From assembly GCA_050015675.1 (NCBI GenBank), contig JBEKAY010000005.1:52641-116640 (forward strand): DNA of 64,000 nucleotides. The letters run 5' to 3'. The notes beneath the pieces were generated by a model that was given only the letters and a program-made list of their open reading frames with translations, ran no database searches and was not told the DNA's origin. The translations under genes were made by a program, and so were the position numbers. This stretch comes from Bacteroidota bacterium (GTDB taxonomy: Bacteria > Bacteroidota > Ignavibacteria > UBA10030). Below are positions 44,551 through 56,140 of this stretch, in pieces. The first letter of the stretch is position 1. Each line of letters begins with the position of its first letter.

Positions 44551-45810
44551 ATGGGTTTCATTTTTGAAGCAGAAATAGAGTCCATTATCCATGCCGTTCA
44601 CATTAAAACGATTGGCGAGGATGACGGCATCGTCTTGAAGAAAATACTCTCAGCAAGAATCCATCCTGCTGTAAAGGCATACTTCAAAGCTGAAGTTGAA
44701 AAAACACTCGGGCAGGAACGGGGATTGGAATACCGTTCTAAAAAATTTTCTTATTCTCTTCCCGAAGTGCGAAGTCTTGAAGAGCAGATTGATTTATTGC
44801 TCGTTCAGAATTATCATTTCAGCCTTCAGGAATTTGAATCGCTCCTTGATGAGTCGGTACATTTTCAGTTCAACTATCTCTGCCGCCCGCAATGGACACT
44901 TTTAAATTTTATTGTCGGCGAGCAGCGCAGAGTGGCTTCTGAGACTATCGAAAAACGTCTCAAGTATTGTGTTGATTATACGTACTTCCCTGAATTAATT
45001 AAGCGGTATATTGCTAATCACGGATTGGCAGAAGTGACGTATGAAGAGTTCAAATCGCTGATAGAAAAGATCGATCATGAAGTGGTGGCTCAGCATTCAA
45101 GTCTTGAACTTGCACATATGACCCGTGCGTTATTCGATTTCGTCGAATCCGGTAAAATGGTACCGCAGGTGGAATTTGAGCAGCAAACGCTTCCGATTAA
45201 TGCAGCGATTGTATTTTTTGAAGATAAAAATGTTCTAGAAATATGTGCACGGTTGGAATCCGAACGCGACCGTAATCGTTTATTACAAATTACTGCAGAT
45301 CGGTTGGCAGATATCATCGAAGTTGTTCGAACCGGAAATGAAGATGCGACTGCTCAAGTATCGGCATCGCCTATGATACCGTCCGGGGCAACACGACAAG
45401 TGAACGAAAAGGAATCAATAATTATTGTGGATGGTGCCGGACTTGTGCAGGAAGCAATCGATGGCGCACAAGCGGCGGAAAAGTCCATACAGCCGAAGAC
45501 ACCACTTCTTGTATTTGGTGAGAACGACGAAAAGTATCTTGCGTCGACACCAAGCGCGAAGCAGAAGGAAATTCTTGATCTTTTTCCCGACGAAGAATTT
45601 GCGGTCATTGTCCGGAAACTTTTTGCGAATGATGAACCGGCATTTCGCGGGGCAATCACAGAAATAAGTCTCTTGCGGACGTGGGAACAGGTTGCTCAAT
45701 ATCTCGACAAACTTTTCCTGGTCAATCAGACCGATCCATTTAGCGCAGAGGCAGTAGGCTTTACAGATAAGTTATATGCGCATTTTTATTCATCCATTGC
45801 CAATAAATAG
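44551..45810 (+). CDS. 419-aa protein of unknown function, upstream of obg
   Basis: Long ORF with coding-like composition and a 28-nt gap to obg. I recognise no motif. Confidence 0.65.
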   Translation: MGFIFEAEIESIIHAVHIKTIGEDDGIVLKKILSARIHPAVKAYFKAEVEKTLGQERGLEYRSKKFSYSLPEVRSLEEQIDLLLVQNYHFSLQEFESLLDESVHFQFNYLCRPQWTLLNFIVGEQRRVASETIEKRLKYCVDYTYFPELIKRYIANHGLAEVTYEEFKSLIEKIDHEVVAQHSSLELAHMTRALFDFVESGKMVPQVEFEQQTLPINAAIVFFEDKNVLEICARLESERDRNRLLQITADRLADIIEVVRTGNEDATAQVSASPMIPSGATRQVNEKESIIIVDGAGLVQEAIDGAQAAEKSIQPKTPLLVFGENDEKYLASTPSAKQKEILDLFPDEEFAVIVRKLFANDEPAFRGAITEISLLRTWEQVAQYLDKLFLVNQTDPFSAEAVGFTDKLYAHFYSSIANK

Positions 45811-45817
45811 GTCGTAA

Positions 45818-46828
<1,011 letters not shown>

Positions 46829-46837
46829 GCATGCCCT

Positions 46838-48691
46838 GTGACAAGTCTCCGTTATGAAATTGGTCTCAGCTATCTCGTTATCGTCGTCATCGGTTTGGCA
46901 ACCAGCGCCTTTGCTGTCTATAATTTTTCGAGCCTTCGTGATACCTTTGGCCTTGTTTTGCGAGATAATTACGAAAGTGTATTCGCTGCACAGTACATGG
47001 TCAGAGCTCTTGAACGGCAGGAGAATGCCCAGCTCGAGATGCAACTTGCCGATATTGATCTGGCTTATATCAAGTTCAATAATAACCGTGTCGGATTTCT
47101 TGGCTGGCTCGAAAAAGCAAAGCGAGCAGGACAAAATGAAAGTGAACTTGCCGTCCTTGAACGCATCACTCAGGATTATCATCGTTATACTCAGCTCGCC
47201 GATTCTCTGTACCGTCTCTTGCAAATCAAGGGGCAAACAACCGCTGCATTCGACTTTAAATCGAATGTTATACGGCCCGTTGCCGAATCTTTGAAAGATG
47301 AATGTTTTACATATCTCGGAATCAATCAAGATGCTGTAACAAGAACCGAAGAAAAATTGAATCAGACTGCAAGCGATGCAACGCTGACAGTGATTACGAT
47401 TTCTATAGTGGCGGTATTCTTGAGTTTCTTTACGAGTGTGCGATTTACACGGAGCATTATCCTGCCGGCGGAGAAGCTTACGCGTTCTGTTCGAAAAATC
47501 AGCAGCGGCCAGTTGAATCAGAAAATAGATGTAACCACGGATGATGAAATTGGAGAGTTGAGTCGTGAATTCAACAAAATGACAGAACGGCTGAGAACGT
47601 ACGAGCAGATGAATATACAGCAGCTTATTGCCGAGAAGAAAAAATCTGAGACGATTGTTGAGAGTATTGCCGACCCGCTCATCGTGACAGATGAAAATGG
47701 AGTGCTTGTTTTAATGAATCAAGCAGCAGCCGCTATCTTCGATGTTCGGGGAACTGATTGGCAGGGGAAGATTTTGAGCGAAGTCGTCGATAATCAAAGC
47801 TGGGCGGAGATGTTGGAGCTTGGCGGCATTCGACGCATTGAGCAGGAACACCGAGATCCGCTTTTCGCATTCACGCACAATGATCTGAAATTATACTTTC
47901 GGCCGCGTCAGGCGCACATTGTTGATGAGCATGGAAATATTCAAGGCGTGGTAACGCTGTTACAAGATGTGACGCGATTCAAAGACCTTGATCGGATGAA
48001 ATCCGAGTTTATTGCCACGGTTTCTCATGAACTTCGCACACCATTGACTTCATTAAGCATGGGCATCGATATCCTTTCGCAAGAAGTTGTAGGATCGGTG
48101 AATCAGCGCCAGAAAGAACTGCTGGTGGCTGCAAAAGACGATTCTGAACGATTGCGAAAATTAGTAAAAGAATTGTTGGATCTCTCTAAGCTTGAATCCG
48201 GTAAATACGAAATGAAAAAGGAACTTGTTGATTTTCGCCGGCTTGTGGCTGACGCTGTGCGACCCTTGCGTCTTCCGTTTGAGGAAAAACAGATTCACTT
48301 GGAACTTGATATTCCGGAACATTTACCTGCTCTTTCTGCAGATCCCCATCAGCTTACATGGGTTGTAACGAACTTGTTGAGCAATGCACTGCGCTACACT
48401 GATACAGGCGGTAAAGTCCAATTAACCGCCAAGGAAGAGAAACAGGAGCTTTTTGTGACTGTTGCTGATACGGGACATGGAATTCCAAAAGAGAATTTAG
48501 AAACGGTTTTCGATAAATTTGTCCAAGTGAAAAGCTCAACCGAAACAACACCCGGCAGTGTTGGGTTGGGGTTGGCAATTGCACGAGAAGTAGTGGAAGC
48601 CCACGGGGGACGAATCTGGGTAGAAAGTCAAATCGGAGTTGGCAGCACATTTTTCTTCACCATTCCTACAATACTGCAAGCCGAGGTATAA
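46838..48691 (+). CDS. sensor histidine kinase (TM, HAMP, PAS, HisKA, HATPase), partner of the sigma-54 activator
   Basis: Carries H-box 'HELRTPLTSLSMGIDIL', 'LLSNALRYT', 'DTGHGIP' and 'GSVGLGLAIAREVV'. GTG start lies 9 nt after the obg stop. No in-frame ATG is nearby. Confidence 0.85.
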   Translation: MTSLRYEIGLSYLVIVVIGLATSAFAVYNFSSLRDTFGLVLRDNYESVFAAQYMVRALERQENAQLEMQLADIDLAYIKFNNNRVGFLGWLEKAKRAGQNESELAVLERITQDYHRYTQLADSLYRLLQIKGQTTAAFDFKSNVIRPVAESLKDECFTYLGINQDAVTRTEEKLNQTASDATLTVITISIVAVFLSFFTSVRFTRSIILPAEKLTRSVRKISSGQLNQKIDVTTDDEIGELSREFNKMTERLRTYEQMNIQQLIAEKKKSETIVESIADPLIVTDENGVLVLMNQAAAAIFDVRGTDWQGKILSEVVDNQSWAEMLELGGIRRIEQEHRDPLFAFTHNDLKLYFRPRQAHIVDEHGNIQGVVTLLQDVTRFKDLDRMKSEFIATVSHELRTPLTSLSMGIDILSQEVVGSVNQRQKELLVAAKDDSERLRKLVKELLDLSKLESGKYEMKKELVDFRRLVADAVRPLRLPFEEKQIHLELDIPEHLPALSADPHQLTWVVTNLLSNALRYTDTGGKVQLTAKEEKQELFVTVADTGHGIPKENLETVFDKFVQVKSSTETTPGSVGLGLAIAREVVEAHGGRIWVESQIGVGSTFFFTIPTILQAEV

Positions 48692-48696
48692 GTCGT

Positions 48697-50019
48697 ATGC
48701 AGCAGCAAAAACCAAAAGTACTTGTCGTAGATGATGAAAAGAATATTCTCAATACAATCGGTATCTGTTTAGAATCGATTGGGATTAATACTACGCTTTG
48801 TGCAAAACCGCAGGAAGTACTGCACTTGCTGCATGAAAATGTATTCGATATCGCTTTTGTCGATTTGAAAATGTCGCCAATGGATGGAATTGAAGTCCTT
48901 ACAGAAATCAAACAGTATTCACCCACAACCACTGTCATCATCATGACAGCCCACGGTTCAGTCAATACCGCAGTAGCTGCGATCAAAAAAGGGGCGTATG
49001 ATTATCTACAAAAACCATTCGATTTTGATGAATTGAAATTATTTACACAGAAAGTTCTTGCGCATCATCAGCTTGTTCATGAAGTAGCTGAACTTCGTGA
49101 AGAACTTGCCTCAATGCAGGGCAGCGGTGAGATTATCACACGTAACCGTGCAATGATGGAACAGCTTGACATTGCAACGCGTGTTGCCGAAAGTGCAATT
49201 AGTATTCTGGTTGAAGGAGAAAGCGGCACAGGAAAAGAATTAGTAGCACATTACATTCATCAGAAAAGTAATCGTGCCGATAAACCGTTTGTGAAAGTGA
49301 ACTGTGCGGCAATTCCGGAACAACTTTTAGAAAGCGAATTATTCGGACATGTGCGTGGAGCGTTCACAGGTGCGTTGAAAGATCGGCAAGGGCGATTTGA
49401 ATTGGCAGACGGTGGAACAATATTCTTAGACGAAATTGGTGAGTTGCCATCATCCATTCAATCAAAACTTTTGCGTGTTCTGCAGACGAAAGACTTTGAA
49501 CGTGTTGGTGAAAATGTAACGCGCAAAGTGGATGTGCGGGTGATTTCTGCAACAAATCGTAATTTAGATGAAGCGTTGAAAGAAGGAAGTTTCCGCGAGG
49601 ATCTTTTCTACCGCTTGAATGGAGTTCGCATAAAACTGCCGTCGCTTCGAGAACGGCCGGAAGATGTACCACTGCTCATCCACCATTTTCTCAAGAAAAT
49701 TTCAAAAGATCGTGATATAATAATTGCACCGGAAGCTGACAAAGTCCTGAAGGCATATCGTTGGAGCGGCAATGTTCGGGAGTTAGAAAACGTCATCGAG
49801 CGTGCAGCGCTTCTTGCCGCAAATGGCGTCATCGAACCCGTACATTTGCCGGAAGAAATTCGCGGAACAACTGAAACAAATGCGCTCTCTTTGGAAGAAA
49901 CTGAAAAAGTGCAAATCAAGAAAGTTTTACAGATTGCAAAAGATTATGATGAAGCGGCCCGCATTCTTGGCGTAGATCGAAAGACGTTGCTTAACAAGCG
50001 CAAAAAATTTGGACTATGA
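48697..50019 (+). CDS. sigma-54-dependent response regulator (NtrC family)
   Basis: Receiver 'VLVVDDEKN...[14 protein letters not shown]', AAA+ 'GESGTGKE', the sigma-54 contact loop 'GAFTGA', 'ESELFGH' and a C-terminal Fis-type HTH. Confidence 0.95.
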   Translation: MQQQKPKVLVVDDEKNILNTIGICLESIGINTTLCAKPQEVLHLLHENVFDIAFVDLKMSPMDGIEVLTEIKQYSPTTTVIIMTAHGSVNTAVAAIKKGAYDYLQKPFDFDELKLFTQKVLAHHQLVHEVAELREELASMQGSGEIITRNRAMMEQLDIATRVAESAISILVEGESGTGKELVAHYIHQKSNRADKPFVKVNCAAIPEQLLESELFGHVRGAFTGALKDRQGRFELADGGTIFLDEIGELPSSIQSKLLRVLQTKDFERVGENVTRKVDVRVISATNRNLDEALKEGSFREDLFYRLNGVRIKLPSLRERPEDVPLLIHHFLKKISKDRDIIIAPEADKVLKAYRWSGNVRELENVIERAALLAANGVIEPVHLPEEIRGTTETNALSLEETEKVQIKKVLQIAKDYDEAARILGVDRKTLLNKRKKFGL

Positions 50020-50256
50020 GTATCAAAAGGCTGGGCATTTTTCCTCATTCATTTTCCTATAAAATTTCTCCAATATTGCCTCTCTATACTCGTTATCTAT
50101 ATTCTCGCAGGGAATTTTTCCCCACGCCTTCTCTTTCTGTAATCTCAAAATGAAGATATTGCGTTGAAAAAGCGGTTAAAGTATAGGGTTATGTGGTACT
50201 ATATTTGAGTAATCAAAGTGGTTTGTACATAGAATTTAAAGAGTAAGGGAATTGAA

Positions 50257-50604
50257 ATGACGACAAAACTTACTACGCTTGACAATCTTGATATAGCTGT
50301 ACTTGAGCCGCGTGGTTCACTTATTGGCGGCGAAGAAACAGACGAATTAAAAGCCAAAGCGAAAGATTTAGTCGAACAAGGTAACAAGAAACTTGTGCTT
50401 GATCTTGGCAGCATTACATATATGAATAGTTCTGGCATAGGCGCTCTCGTGGGTATCCATTCAATGTATCAAAAGGTATCTGGAAAAATTAGCCTTTGCA
50501 ATGTTGCGAAGGGTGTTCAAAATGTTTTTGTCATTACAAAGCTCACGAGTGTTTTTAATGTAGAAGAAGATCGCAAACAAGCGATCAATAGTCTTAAGGT
50601 ATAA
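50257..50604 (+). CDS. STAS-domain anti-sigma-factor antagonist (SpoIIAA-like)
   Basis: 115 aa. 'LVLDLGSITYMNSSGIGALVGI' contains the conserved phospho-serine region. Confidence 0.85.
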   Translation: MTTKLTTLDNLDIAVLEPRGSLIGGEETDELKAKAKDLVEQGNKKLVLDLGSITYMNSSGIGALVGIHSMYQKVSGKISLCNVAKGVQNVFVITKLTSVFNVEEDRKQAINSLKV

Positions 50605-50651
50605 GTCACAATCATATTCATTTAATATCACACAAATCAGGAGAACGTTTC

Positions 50652-51386
50652 ATGAAGACTTCCACGTTCAATGCTATCGTTATCGTCCTCGCTTTCGTTT
50701 TTGGCTGGGTGATTTTCGAATTCTTTTTACCATCCTTCATCAAGGAAGGCGGTGTACTCGTTATCGGTCTTATTGCACTTGTTATCATGTTGATCGCAGT
50801 AATCGTTGAGCGCATGCTTACGTTGAAGAAAGCCAGTGGCAAGGGCACTTTAACAGTATTTTTAAAGAACGTGCAACAAGCAGTCAATTCCGGCGATATC
50901 GATACAGCGCTTGCCGCATGCGATAAACAACGCGGTTCATGCGCCAATGTTCTCCGTGCGGGTCTGGAAAAATATAAGATGGTTATAGAAGAAGGTGATG
51001 TGAAGGGACAGAAAGAATTAATGGAGAGCATTCAACGCTCTATTGAAGAAGCAAGCATGCTCGAAGTACCAATGCTGGAAAAAAACTTATCGATGATGTC
51101 CACCATTGCCTCTATTGGCACGATGGTAGGATTGCTCGGAACAGTTATCGGTATGATTCGTGCATTCCAAGCTATGGGTCGCGCCGGTGCACCTGATGCG
51201 ATTCAGCTTGCCATCGGTATTTCAGAAGCACTCATCAATACAGCTGGTGGCCTTGTTGCAGGTATCGGTGGTATCGTTGCATATAACTTCTTTGTCACGA
51301 AAATCGATAACTTCACCTATATGATTGATGAAGCGAGCTATTCCATAATTCAATCATTAGCCTCACGCAGACCGCATAAGAAGTAA
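50652..51386 (+). CDS. exbB: MotA/TolQ/ExbB proton-channel protein
   Basis: Three TM segments. The C-terminal 'IASIGTMVGLLGTVIGMIRAF...AIGISEALINTAGGL' is the ExbB/TolQ signature. AGGAGA lies before the ATG. Confidence 0.9.
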   Translation: MKTSTFNAIVIVLAFVFGWVIFEFFLPSFIKEGGVLVIGLIALVIMLIAVIVERMLTLKKASGKGTLTVFLKNVQQAVNSGDIDTALAACDKQRGSCANVLRAGLEKYKMVIEEGDVKGQKELMESIQRSIEEASMLEVPMLEKNLSMMSTIASIGTMVGLLGTVIGMIRAFQAMGRAGAPDAIQLAIGISEALINTAGGLVAGIGGIVAYNFFVTKIDNFTYMIDEASYSIIQSLASRRPHKK

Positions 51387-51404
51387 CTGGGAAAGGTTGA
51401 CGTT

Positions 51405-51872
51405 ATGCCAAAACATAAAAAAGGACGACTCGGCACTCGCATCGACATGACACCGATGGTGGATGTAGCAATGCTCTTGCTTACGTTTTTCATGTTAACA
51501 ACGCAATTCAAACCACCCGAGGAGGTTGACGTTATCATTCCGGCATCGCACTCGGAATTCAAATTGCCGGAATCGCACATCATGATGGTGTATGTTACTA
51601 AAGACGGCAAGATCTGGCTGGGTGTTGATTCGCAAAGCTTGATGGAGCGGTTATTTGGTACGCAAAACAAATATAGAAAATCAGTCGAAGTGGATAAAAA
51701 TACACTCGGCAATTTACTCATTACAGCACGTATCAATGATCCAAAACTACGCACGGTTATTAAAGGTGATAAAAACGCACCCTATGGACCGATGGAAGAT
51801 GTGATGGATGTTTTAGTGAAAGCGAAGATTACGCGTTTTAATCTCGTCACAGATTTGGATAAAGGAGCATAA
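51405..51872 (+). CDS. exbD: ExbD/TolR biopolymer transport protein
   Basis: Carries 'RIDMTPMVDVAMLLLTFFMLTT', the ExbD N-terminal helix motif. Confidence 0.9.
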   Translation: MPKHKKGRLGTRIDMTPMVDVAMLLLTFFMLTTQFKPPEEVDVIIPASHSEFKLPESHIMMVYVTKDGKIWLGVDSQSLMERLFGTQNKYRKSVEVDKNTLGNLLITARINDPKLRTVIKGDKNAPYGPMEDVMDVLVKAKITRFNLVTDLDKGA

Positions 51873-51875
51873 TTT

Positions 51876-52376
51876 ATGGCCGGTGCAGATGTTGTTGAAT
51901 CAAAATCACACGCAAAAGGAAAGAAGAAGAAAAAGAAGCGTGCTGGTGTTCGCATCGACATGACGCCGATGGTTGACGTTGCAATGTTGTTGTTAACATT
52001 CTTCATGCTTACGACAGTCTTCAACAAGCCCCAAACGATGGAACTCAATTTACCTCCTGATGATAAAGTTCAGGTGGAAGTTGCAGCATCAACGCTTCTC
52101 ACAGTACGTATAGCGCCGAATATGGCTATCTACTGGAGTATGGGTAATGAACCGACTGCGCTTAAAAAAATTGAATTTAAAGAACTGCGTCCGCTGCTGA
52201 TCGAGAGACTTCGCAGCATTCCAAAACTCATAACGCTGGTGCAGATCGATCGTGATGCAAAATATAACGATATGGTCGACATTATGGATGAGCTTAACCT
52301 TGCCAATATCACAAAATTCAGTTTCGCACCAATGAAAGATGCTGATAAAAAGTTGATAGCGAAAGTAGCAGGATAG
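51876..52376 (+). CDS. exbD: ExbD/TolR biopolymer transport protein, second copy
   Basis: Carries the same 'RIDMTPMVDVAMLLLTFFMLTT' motif. AAAGGAG lies before the ATG. Confidence 0.85.
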   Translation: MAGADVVESKSHAKGKKKKKKRAGVRIDMTPMVDVAMLLLTFFMLTTVFNKPQTMELNLPPDDKVQVEVAASTLLTVRIAPNMAIYWSMGNEPTALKKIEFKELRPLLIERLRSIPKLITLVQIDRDAKYNDMVDIMDELNLANITKFSFAPMKDADKKLIAKVAG

Positions 52377-52384
52377 GAGACGAT

Positions 52385-53113
52385 ATGGCGCAAACAATAG
52401 CAGTACCTGTCCACTATGGTGCAGCCGAATTAAAAACGGTTGCTCAAAAATATATGATGCTGGGCCTTTTAGCGGGCATCCTCATCTGTTTCTCCGCTGT
52501 CGGCACGTATCATCTGAGCGTCTGGTTGAATGAAGATGAAGAGCCTGTGAATATAATTCGTATTGTGAAATACACAGATCTTGGACCGCCGCCCTCGTTG
52601 ACCAATCAAGCGGCGCCTGCCGTTGCAGTTTCCGGCCCGGCAGTGCGGCCAAGTGTTGGAGTTCCGGTTCCAGTGCCTGATGCAGAAGTCAGCCCGGAGC
52701 AGACCATCGCATCACAAACAGAATTGAGCCAGCAATCAGCACCTGCCATCGATGCAGGCGCTAATGCAGGCAATGCTCAAATTGAACAAGACTTAAAGAT
52801 TGATGATGATACCGCACCACCAGATTTCGTTCCATACGAAAAGGAACCTACGGTTGTCAAGCGGGTTGAACCGAAATATCCGGATCTCGCTTTACGCGCC
52901 GGTTTGGAAGGCAATGTATTCGTAAAAGTCTGGGTAGATAAAGAAGGAAAAGTACGTAAGGTCATTCTTCTCAAGAGCGATGCTCCAATTTTTGAAGAAG
53001 CTGCGATCGGAGCCGCGAAACAATGGGTCTTTACCCCGGCAGTGATGCAGAAAGGCCCGGTATCGGTTTGGGTTTCCATTCCGTTCCGGTTCAGACTGAC
53101 GGGAAATAAATAA
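52385..53113 (+). CDS. tonB: TonB-family energy transducer
   Basis: Has an N-terminal anchor, a Pro/Ala-rich spacer and the C-terminal 'VEPKYPDLALRAGLEGNVFVKVWVDKEGKV...A...W.F.PA' TonB domain. Confidence 0.85.
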   Translation: MAQTIAVPVHYGAAELKTVAQKYMMLGLLAGILICFSAVGTYHLSVWLNEDEEPVNIIRIVKYTDLGPPPSLTNQAAPAVAVSGPAVRPSVGVPVPVPDAEVSPEQTIASQTELSQQSAPAIDAGANAGNAQIEQDLKIDDDTAPPDFVPYEKEPTVVKRVEPKYPDLALRAGLEGNVFVKVWVDKEGKVRKVILLKSDAPIFEEAAIGAAKQWVFTPAVMQKGPVSVWVSIPFRFRLTGNK

Positions 53114-53231
53114 CTATTTGATCACGTCGAAGCTGATGAGTACAAGGAAACAGCACGTCCTGACAAGTTGGGATGAACTGATACTGAGGCTTATCAGCTT
53201 TGTGCGTTTATGAAGGTGGGGTTATAAAATC

Positions 53232-53450
53232 GTGCTGAAGTTTTCCAACATATCGACATATTTAAGTTACTCTGTTTCTATTATTACACTGATGTTCGGA
53301 ACTATAATTATGAGCGGCATTGCATTTCAATATGTTCCGAATAAATTGCGAATAACATTTGGCGTAGTGCTGATGCTCTGGGGAATTTATCGGTTCGTGT
53401 TCACACGGATCCAAGCGCGCCAAGGAAATGAAAAAGATGAGGAAGAATGA
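53232..53450 (+). CDS. 72-aa two-helix membrane protein
   Basis: GTG start after GGTGGGG. Its stop overlaps the next gene's start (ATGA at 53447-53450). Confidence 0.5.
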   Translation: MLKFSNISTYLSYSVSIITLMFGTIIMSGIAFQYVPNKLRITFGVVLMLWGIYRFVFTRIQARQGNEKDEEE

Positions 53451-54349
53451 AGCGGATACTTCTTTCAATCTTTTTTCTTCTGATTGCAGTAATCAGTGGA
53501 TGCAAAAAACAGACTGAGACAGCGACATTTGGTTATCATCTTTTGCTTACTGCCGATCCGTATTTACCATTAATGCAGCAAGAAGTAGAACAATTCATGA
53601 GTCTCTATCCGCAGGTGAAAATGGAAGTGCGCGGCACAACAACACGAGAAGCAATTGTTTTATTATTAAATGACAGCGTTCATACAATAGTGATCGATCG
53701 GCAGTTCAATGAAGAAGAAAAACAAGTTGCACAACAAGCATCTCTTCGGCTTGTTGAGAATAAAATTGCCGAGGATGGCGTTGCGATCATCGTTCACAAA
53801 CAAAATCCAATTCTGAATATTACTCCGGAGTCGGTGCATCGCATCGTCACAAAAACGGCAATAGAGTGGACACAGATTGCAGAATCGCGCTGGTTCGGGC
53901 CTATCGATTTTGTTTTAACCGGAAGAAACTCTGGTATGTATGAATTACTTCAGAAAAAGATTTTTATAGAATCGAAGCCCTTGCAACCAAATGCTGTGAT
54001 GAACAGTCAACGTGAAGTGATTCAGTACGTATCTGCACATCCGCACTCGGTCGGGTGCGTTGCAGCATCGCTTCTGACCGATGAAAGTTTGAATGTTAAG
54101 ATGCTCCCGGTTCTTACAAAATCACCGGAAGGCGACGAGAAGGAATACTTACCCAGGCAGCAAGAAATTCACGAATCTCTTTATCCATTCCATTATTCTT
54201 TGTATCTTTACAACGCAGAAGTGAAGGCGGCTCTTGGAGTTGGTTTCAGTGCATTAGTACTATCAAGTGTTGGGCAAAAGATTTTTCAGCGATCAGGCTT
54301 GGTGCCTGTCTCTATTCCTTATCGGACTATTCAGTTACATGCGGAGTGA
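53447..54349 (+). CDS. PstS-like periplasmic substrate-binding lipoprotein of the TonB cluster
   Basis: Lipobox 'VISGC' is present. 'VRGTTTREAIVLLLNDSVHTIVIDRQFNEEE' resembles the PBP-like 'GSG.g...l..g..D.a..sR.l..eE' region. The position after tonB is typical for this cluster in FCB bacteria. Confidence 0.6.
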   Translation: MKRILLSIFFLLIAVISGCKKQTETATFGYHLLLTADPYLPLMQQEVEQFMSLYPQVKMEVRGTTTREAIVLLLNDSVHTIVIDRQFNEEEKQVAQQASLRLVENKIAEDGVAIIVHKQNPILNITPESVHRIVTKTAIEWTQIAESRWFGPIDFVLTGRNSGMYELLQKKIFIESKPLQPNAVMNSQREVIQYVSAHPHSVGCVAASLLTDESLNVKMLPVLTKSPEGDEKEYLPRQQEIHESLYPFHYSLYLYNAEVKAALGVGFSALVLSSVGQKIFQRSGLVPVSIPYRTIQLHAE

Positions 54350-54356
54350 AACGACA

Positions 54357-56066
54357 ATGAAGCGTATCCTTTTGGTTGCAGCGGCTATCTTAATCGCTGC
54401 CACAACAACAGTCAGCAGTCAGCCACAACTTGATAAAGCTAAAGATCTGCTAAAACAAAAAAAGTACGATGAGGCAATTGCTGTCTGCCAAATCTACCTC
54501 CAGTCCAGTACGCGCAATGAAAATGGATGGTTAGTTCTTGCAAAAGCGTACCAACAAGCGCAAAATCTCGACTCTGCAGAAATTGCTGCAAAGAAAGCAG
54601 TACAATTAGATGACGAGATGATGGAAGGATATACGGTCCTCGGGCAGGTTCAGCTTGCGAAGAAAAATGCCCAAGACGCCTATGCAACAGCAAAGCAAGG
54701 GTTGAAGATGACGAGGAAAAAGGAGTCCAGATATCCTCCTTTACTTGTCGTACTGGGACAAAGTCTGATAGCCTTAGATTCTGCTGATGCAGCGTTGGTT
54801 GCCTCTGCAGAAGCAAAGGAATTAGATCCACAGAATGCAACCGCGTACGAAGTTATGGGAGATGCATATTTGAAACAAAAAGTGACGCCCATGGCGATTA
54901 GTAGTTATGAAAAGTCATTGGAAATTGATTCGCTTCAGCATGGTGTATTGTACAAAATAGCTAATGCCCATAAGAATGAACGGCAATATACAAAAGCGGC
55001 AGAAGTGTATGTGCGTATTCTTGCCCTCGATCCAAATAATGATGCAGCGCGGCTTGAGCTTGCAGGATTATTCTATCGAGCACGGCAATATGCAAATTGC
55101 GCAAGAACACTAAAAGAATACTTTAACAACCAGAAGAATCCTCCAAAAGACATTCAAGCGATATATTTAGAAGCACTGTATAAAAGTAAACAATATAAAG
55201 AAGCGTTTGAAGTAGCGAAGGGATACCTGAAACTCGAACCAAATTCAATACTTGCGCATAGGGCTATTGCCTATGGAAATCTTATCGACAAACAATATGC
55301 ACAGTCTATTGAGGCATATAAAAAAATCGCAACACTTGATACAATGGAGTTTGATGATTATCGCTGGTTAGGAACTGCCTACAGACAAATAAAAAAAGAT
55401 TCGATGGCAGCAGTTACCTGGGAACAAGCGCTCAAAGATACGACACAGCCAATTACTCTAAGGTCGTATTTGTATGGCGAAGTAGGATCGATTTGGATGA
55501 ATTTCAAGCGTTATGACCGGGCAGCAGAGTTTTTCCAAAAGCGAGTTCTGCTGGATACAACAGCCGTGGCTGCTTCGATCAATTTAGCGAACTGTTTAAT
55601 ACAATTAGAAGAATATGAAAAAGCGATATCAGCTTTACGAAAAGCAGTTAATCGATATCCTAAATATCCTCCCGCTTATATCAACCTGGGTATTTGTTAT
55701 TATCAGATGAAAGATTTTGATGCCGGTCGTAAAGAATTTGAAATGGCTATCAAAGTTATTGATACTGCAGAATCAAAATATCGTATTGATCTTGCCGATG
55801 CCAATCGCTTTATCGCACTGGCGTTGATGTTGGAAAAGAAATCGACTCCCGAGGCATCTCAAAAGAAATGGGAAGATGCCATTGTCTACTTAAGAAAGTC
55901 AGTGAAGTACAAAGAAGATGTTGGTCAAGCACATCTCCTTCTTGGACAGTGTTTCCAGAATTTAAATAAAAAGGAAGATGCTATTAAAGAATATAAGCGA
56001 ACGCTTCAGCTTGAACCTAAGAATGAAGCTGCTAAAAAAGGCTTAAAAGATTTACAGCCCGAATAA
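54357..56066 (+). CDS. secreted TPR-repeat protein of the TonB cluster
   Basis: Signal peptide 'MKRILLVAAAILIAATTTVSSQ' begins at the ATG at 54357 (the track ORF begins earlier, inside the previous gene). TPR periodicity runs throughout. Confidence 0.85.
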   Translation: MKRILLVAAAILIAATTTVSSQPQLDKAKDLLKQKKYDEAIAVCQIYLQSSTRNENGWLVLAKAYQQAQNLDSAEIAAKKAVQLDDEMMEGYTVLGQVQLAKKNAQDAYATAKQGLKMTRKKESRYPPLLVVLGQSLIALDSADAALVASAEAKELDPQNATAYEVMGDAYLKQKVTPMAISSYEKSLEIDSLQHGVLYKIANAHKNERQYTKAAEVYVRILALDPNNDAARLELAGLFYRARQYANCARTLKEYFNNQKNPPKDIQAIYLEALYKSKQYKEAFEVAKGYLKLEPNSILAHRAIAYGNLIDKQYAQSIEAYKKIATLDTMEFDDYRWLGTAYRQIKKDSMAAVTWEQALKDTTQPITLRSYLYGEVGSIWMNFKRYDRAAEFFQKRVLLDTTAVAASINLANCLIQLEEYEKAISALRKAVNRYPKYPPAYINLGICYYQMKDFDAGRKEFEMAIKVIDTAESKYRIDLADANRFIALALMLEKKSTPEASQKKWEDAIVYLRKSVKYKEDVGQAHLLLGQCFQNLNKKEDAIKEYKRTLQLEPKNEAAKKGLKDLQPE

Positions 56067-56140
56067 ATATCGAATTGCTGTTTCGACGAATTTAAAAATA
56101 AAAAAAGTTCTTTCACCAGCTCTAATCGAAAGGAACCGCG

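Noticed and set aside
50194-50208. TGGTACTATATTTGA as a sigma-54 promoter upstream of the STAS gene
   Set aside because: The GG is present at -24, but the -12 position reads GA instead of the near-invariant GC. A single weak match is not evidence.
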